Notes under the pieces: model-generated
Database searches by the model: none
Told to the model about the DNA's origin: nothing
What the model saw: the letters and a program-made list of their open reading frames with translations, nothing else
Part shown: positions 61,689-64,000 of the stretch, in pieces
Numbering within the stretch: position 1 is the stretch's first letter
Layout of the letters: every line of letters begins with the position of its first letter
Made by a program: the position numbers and the translations under genes
Assembly (NCBI GenBank): GCA_003222195.1
Contig: QHVB01000034.1
Location: forward strand, 12,974-76,973
Source: Gemmatimonadota bacterium
GTDB lineage: Bacteria; Gemmatimonadota; Gemmatimonadetes; Gemmatimonadales; GWC2-71-9
DNA: 64,000 nucleotides
Direction: 5' to 3'

Positions 61689-62924
61689 TTAGTAGATCAA
61701 GAACTTACGCCGGAGTTCCAGAAAGCGCGCAAGGTCCGGCTCCCACGCCCTCCAGATGTCTTTGGCCGGCCGTCCCGCCTCGATCGCTGTGCGCAGCTCC
61801 GGCCCCGCCGCCAGGCGATCAAAGCTCTGGGCGCGAAACTGAAATTGCGCCGGATGCACGGCGCGAATGGCGACCAGCAGCGCGACAGCAAGGCGAGTCG
61901 GATCGTACGTCGCGCGATCGCGCACGCGAAATCGCAGGCCCCGCAACGCGATACCCGCGTACTTCCCGTCTGTCGGTGATAGCGGCGTGAACGTCGTTGC
62001 CGTCATGTCGACCCCAACCAACGAATCGGCACGCAGCCGGTCCAGGACGGCCGCAGGATCGAGCCACGGCGCACCGATCACCTGAAACGCCTGCGGCGTT
62101 CCGCGACCAACCGACACGTTGGTCCCTTCGAACAGACACGTCCCGGGATAATGGAGCGCGCTCTCGAGGTCCGGCATGTTCGGCGAGGGCTTCACCCACG
62201 GCAGGCCGGTCTCGTCATAGAGCAGCGCACGGGTCCAGCCCGCCGCGGGGACGACAACGAGGTCGGCACCGATGGCCATGACGTCATTGGCCAACCGCGC
62301 GAGCTCGCCCAATGTCATGCCATAGCGCATGGGCACCGGCATGAACCCGGAGAACGCGGAATCCGGATCGACGAGGCGCGCCCGGACGTTGCCCTGCACC
62401 GCCACGCCGCCCACGGGATCGGGGCGGTCGAGGACGATGACGCGCTTCCCCACGCGCGTTGCATCGCGCATCAACTGCACCGTCGTCGCGATGTAGGTGT
62501 AATACCGCGCGCCGATGTCCTGGAGATCGACGAGCAGCACGTCGATCGAATCCAGCGCCGCCGCCGCCGCCGCGCTACGCGATCCGCCATAGAGACTGTA
62601 GATTGGTAGCCCGGTCGCCGAATCCCGGCTGTCGGGAAGCCCCATGCGATCTTCCCGGCCGAGAAAGCCGTGCTCGGGACTGAACAAGACCGTGAGTCGT
62701 GCGTCGTGCGTCGTGCGTAACAGATCGACATCACGGCGACCGAGATGATCGACCCCCGTGTTGTTTGTGAGGAGGCCGAGACGCTTGCCGGCGATGAGGT
62801 GTGCCGAGTCCGAGAGCAGGACTTCGATGCCCGGCCGGACTTGGGCGGCGACAAGTGACGGGACGCGTGTTCCGCTGGAACAGCCAATCCCCAACACAAT
62901 CCAAACGAGACGATGCGCGCGCAT
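61689..62924 (-). CDS. namZ: DUF1343-family protein (exo-beta-N-acetylmuramidase NamZ-like), lipoprotein
   Basis: MRAHRLVWIVLGIGC lipobox. LFSPEHGF.G, GLPIYSLYG, VDLQDIGARYYTY are hallmark DUF1343 motifs. Confidence 0.8.
   Translation of the reverse strand: MRAHRLVWIVLGIGCSSGTRVPSLVAAQVRPGIEVLLSDSAHLIAGKRLGLLTNNTGVDHLGRRDVDLLRTTHDARLTVLFSPEHGFLGREDRMGLPDSRDSATGLPIYSLYGGSRSAAAAAALDSIDVLLVDLQDIGARYYTYIATTVQLMRDATRVGKRVIVLDRPDPVGGVAVQGNVRARLVDPDSAFSGFMPVPMRYGMTLGELARLANDVMAIGADLVVVPAAGWTRALLYDETGLPWVKPSPNMPDLESALHYPGTCLFEGTNVSVGRGTPQAFQVIGAPWLDPAAVLDRLRADSLVGVDMTATTFTPLSPTDGKYAGIALRGLRFRVRDRATYDPTRLAVALLVAIRAVHPAQFQFRAQSFDRLAAGPELRTAIEAGRPAKDIWRAWEPDLARFLELRRKFLIY
62692..62719. repeat. Second copy of the GTGCGTC heptamer tract (GTGAGTC GTGCGTC GTGCGTC GTGCGTA)
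   Basis: Read directly. Encodes TTHDARL in namZ. Same strand and same reading phase as the tract at 38248-38282. Confidence 0.85.
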
Positions 62925-64000
62925 AGACTCCTGATCGTGATGCTACTGGCCGCGTGTGGTGGCCGATCGACGACCGCTCCCCACCCACCGCAGCCGGTCG
63001 CCGCGGACGCCGTGCTCGCCAAGCTCAGCACGCGCCAGAAGGTGGGGCAGCTGGTCGTGCCGTGGCTGGGCGGAAACTACATGGCGCTCGACGATTCCGC
63101 CTTCCAGATCGCGACGCGCTGGGTCGATTCGCTCGAGGTCGGCGGCATCATCATCTCGGTCGGCTCGCCCTACGACATTGCCGCCAAGCTCAACACGCTG
63201 CAGCGCCGCTCCAAGCTGCCGCTGCTCGTGTCCGCCGACCTGGAGTGGGGCGCGGCGATGCGAGTCGTCGGCGCGACGGCGTTCCCGCACATCATGGCCG
63301 CGGGGGCGACGGGTGACGAGCGCGACGCCTACACGATCGGTCGCATCGCCGCGCTCGAGGGTCGCGCGGTCGGCATCCACGTGAACTTCGCGCCCGACGC
63401 TGACGTCAACAACAACCCGCTCAATCCCATCATCAATATTCGGTCGTTCGGCGAGGATCCGCACGCCGTGGCGCGACTGGTGCGCGCCTACGTTCGCGGC
63501 CTGCAGGACAACGGGATGCTTGCCACGCTAAAGCATTTTCCCGGCCATGGCGATACCGATGCGGACTCGCACATCGGGCTGCCCTCGATCCGCGTCGACT
63601 ACGCCCGGCTCGACTCCGTGGAGCTGGTGCCGTTCCGCGCCGGGATCGATGCCGGTGCGCAGGTCGTGATGAGCGCGCACATCGCCTTCCCGGCGTTCAC
63701 GGGCGACGCGCCGGCAACGCTGTCGGCGGCGGTGCTCACCGGCTTGCTGCGTGACTCGCTCAAGTTCCGCGGGCTGGTGGTGACCGACGCGCTGCAGATG
63801 GGCGCGATCGTCGCGAAGTACGGCGCGGGTGAAGCGGCGGTGCGGGCCTTCGAGGCCGGATCCGATCTCCTGCTCATGCCCGCCGATCCCGACTCGGCGA
63901 TCGGATCGATGCTGATCGCCTTGCAGACGGGCCGGATCACGACGGCGCGGCTCGATGCCTCGGTGCGGCGCGTCCTTGAGATCAAACGCGGGCTCGGACT
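62913..64000 (+). CDS. nagZ: Glycoside hydrolase family 3 beta-N-acetylhexosaminidase (NagZ-like), lipoprotein, 3' end off the window
   Basis: Edge ORF not in the track. MRAHRLLIVMLLAACGG lipobox. KHFPGHGDTDADSH and LRGLVVTDAL-type GH3 motifs (FRGLVVTDALQMGA). Confidence 0.85.
   Translation, partial: MRAHRLLIVMLLAACGGRSTTAPHPPQPVAADAVLAKLSTRQKVGQLVVPWLGGNYMALDDSAFQIATRWVDSLEVGGIIISVGSPYDIAAKLNTLQRRSKLPLLVSADLEWGAAMRVVGATAFPHIMAAGATGDERDAYTIGRIAALEGRAVGIHVNFAPDADVNNNPLNPIINIRSFGEDPHAVARLVRAYVRGLQDNGMLATLKHFPGHGDTDADSHIGLPSIRVDYARLDSVELVPFRAGIDAGAQVVMSAHIAFPAFTGDAPATLSAAVLTGLLRDSLKFRGLVVTDALQMGAIVAKYGAGEAAVRAFEAGSDLLLMPADPDSAIGSMLIALQTGRITTARLDASVRRVLEIKRGLG

Overview
High-GC (roughly 65-70%), very tightly packed chromosomal DNA from a diderm bacterium (BamD, outer-membrane-type proteins, lipoproteins). 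The taxon cannot be proven from sequence alone. About 70 genes are supported, mostly on the minus strand and often joined by 1-4 nt stop/start overlaps.

Gene content, in order:
- radC (edge fragment), two secreted lipoproteins, secA, nadD, bamD and TPR lipoproteins.
- A nucleotide-sugar block: UDP-GlcA epimerase, UXS, Ugd and WbpA/B/E/D-like genes, then murB, carB, and rmd/gmd.
- rpmB and the alpha ribosomal operon (rpmJ-rpsM-rpsK-rpsD-rpoA-rplQ).
- pyrF/pyrD, an amidase, smpB, tRNA-Leu(CAG), moeB-rhodanese and an Rrf2 regulator.
- aspA, gloB-like, trxB, and two SDR genes.
- A 2-oxoacid dehydrogenase E1ab/E2 operon.
- A copper module (copZ, copA, cupredoxin), an H+-PPase, and an inositol-phosphate synthase plus CDP-alcohol phosphatidyltransferase pair.
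- An S9 peptidase, a giant S1-protease/CARDB lipoprotein, two VOC proteins, and namZ/nagZ.

I found no transposase, integrase, CRISPR array, rRNA, or recognisable defence or toxin-antitoxin module, so I cannot point to a clear new multi-gene system.

The most interesting items are:
1. A Bcp/PrxQ-type peroxiredoxin whose catalytic Cys codon is an in-frame TGA with a plausible SECIS hairpin (candidate selenoprotein).
2. A 1,290-aa lipoprotein (S1 protease, seven CARDB domains, poly-proline linkers) translationally coupled to a mini-lipoprotein that is a paralog of its own pro-like N-terminal domain.
3. A segmental duplication that places the same radC-5'/leader module in front of two unrelated lipoprotein genes, next to a SEC-C motif relic.
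4. Several unusual start/stop arrangements: a CTGA start, a palindromic shared start, and hidden small ORFs.
5. Slippage-prone repeats inside coding regions.

All function calls rest on my own reading of the translated ORFs. No database search was run.
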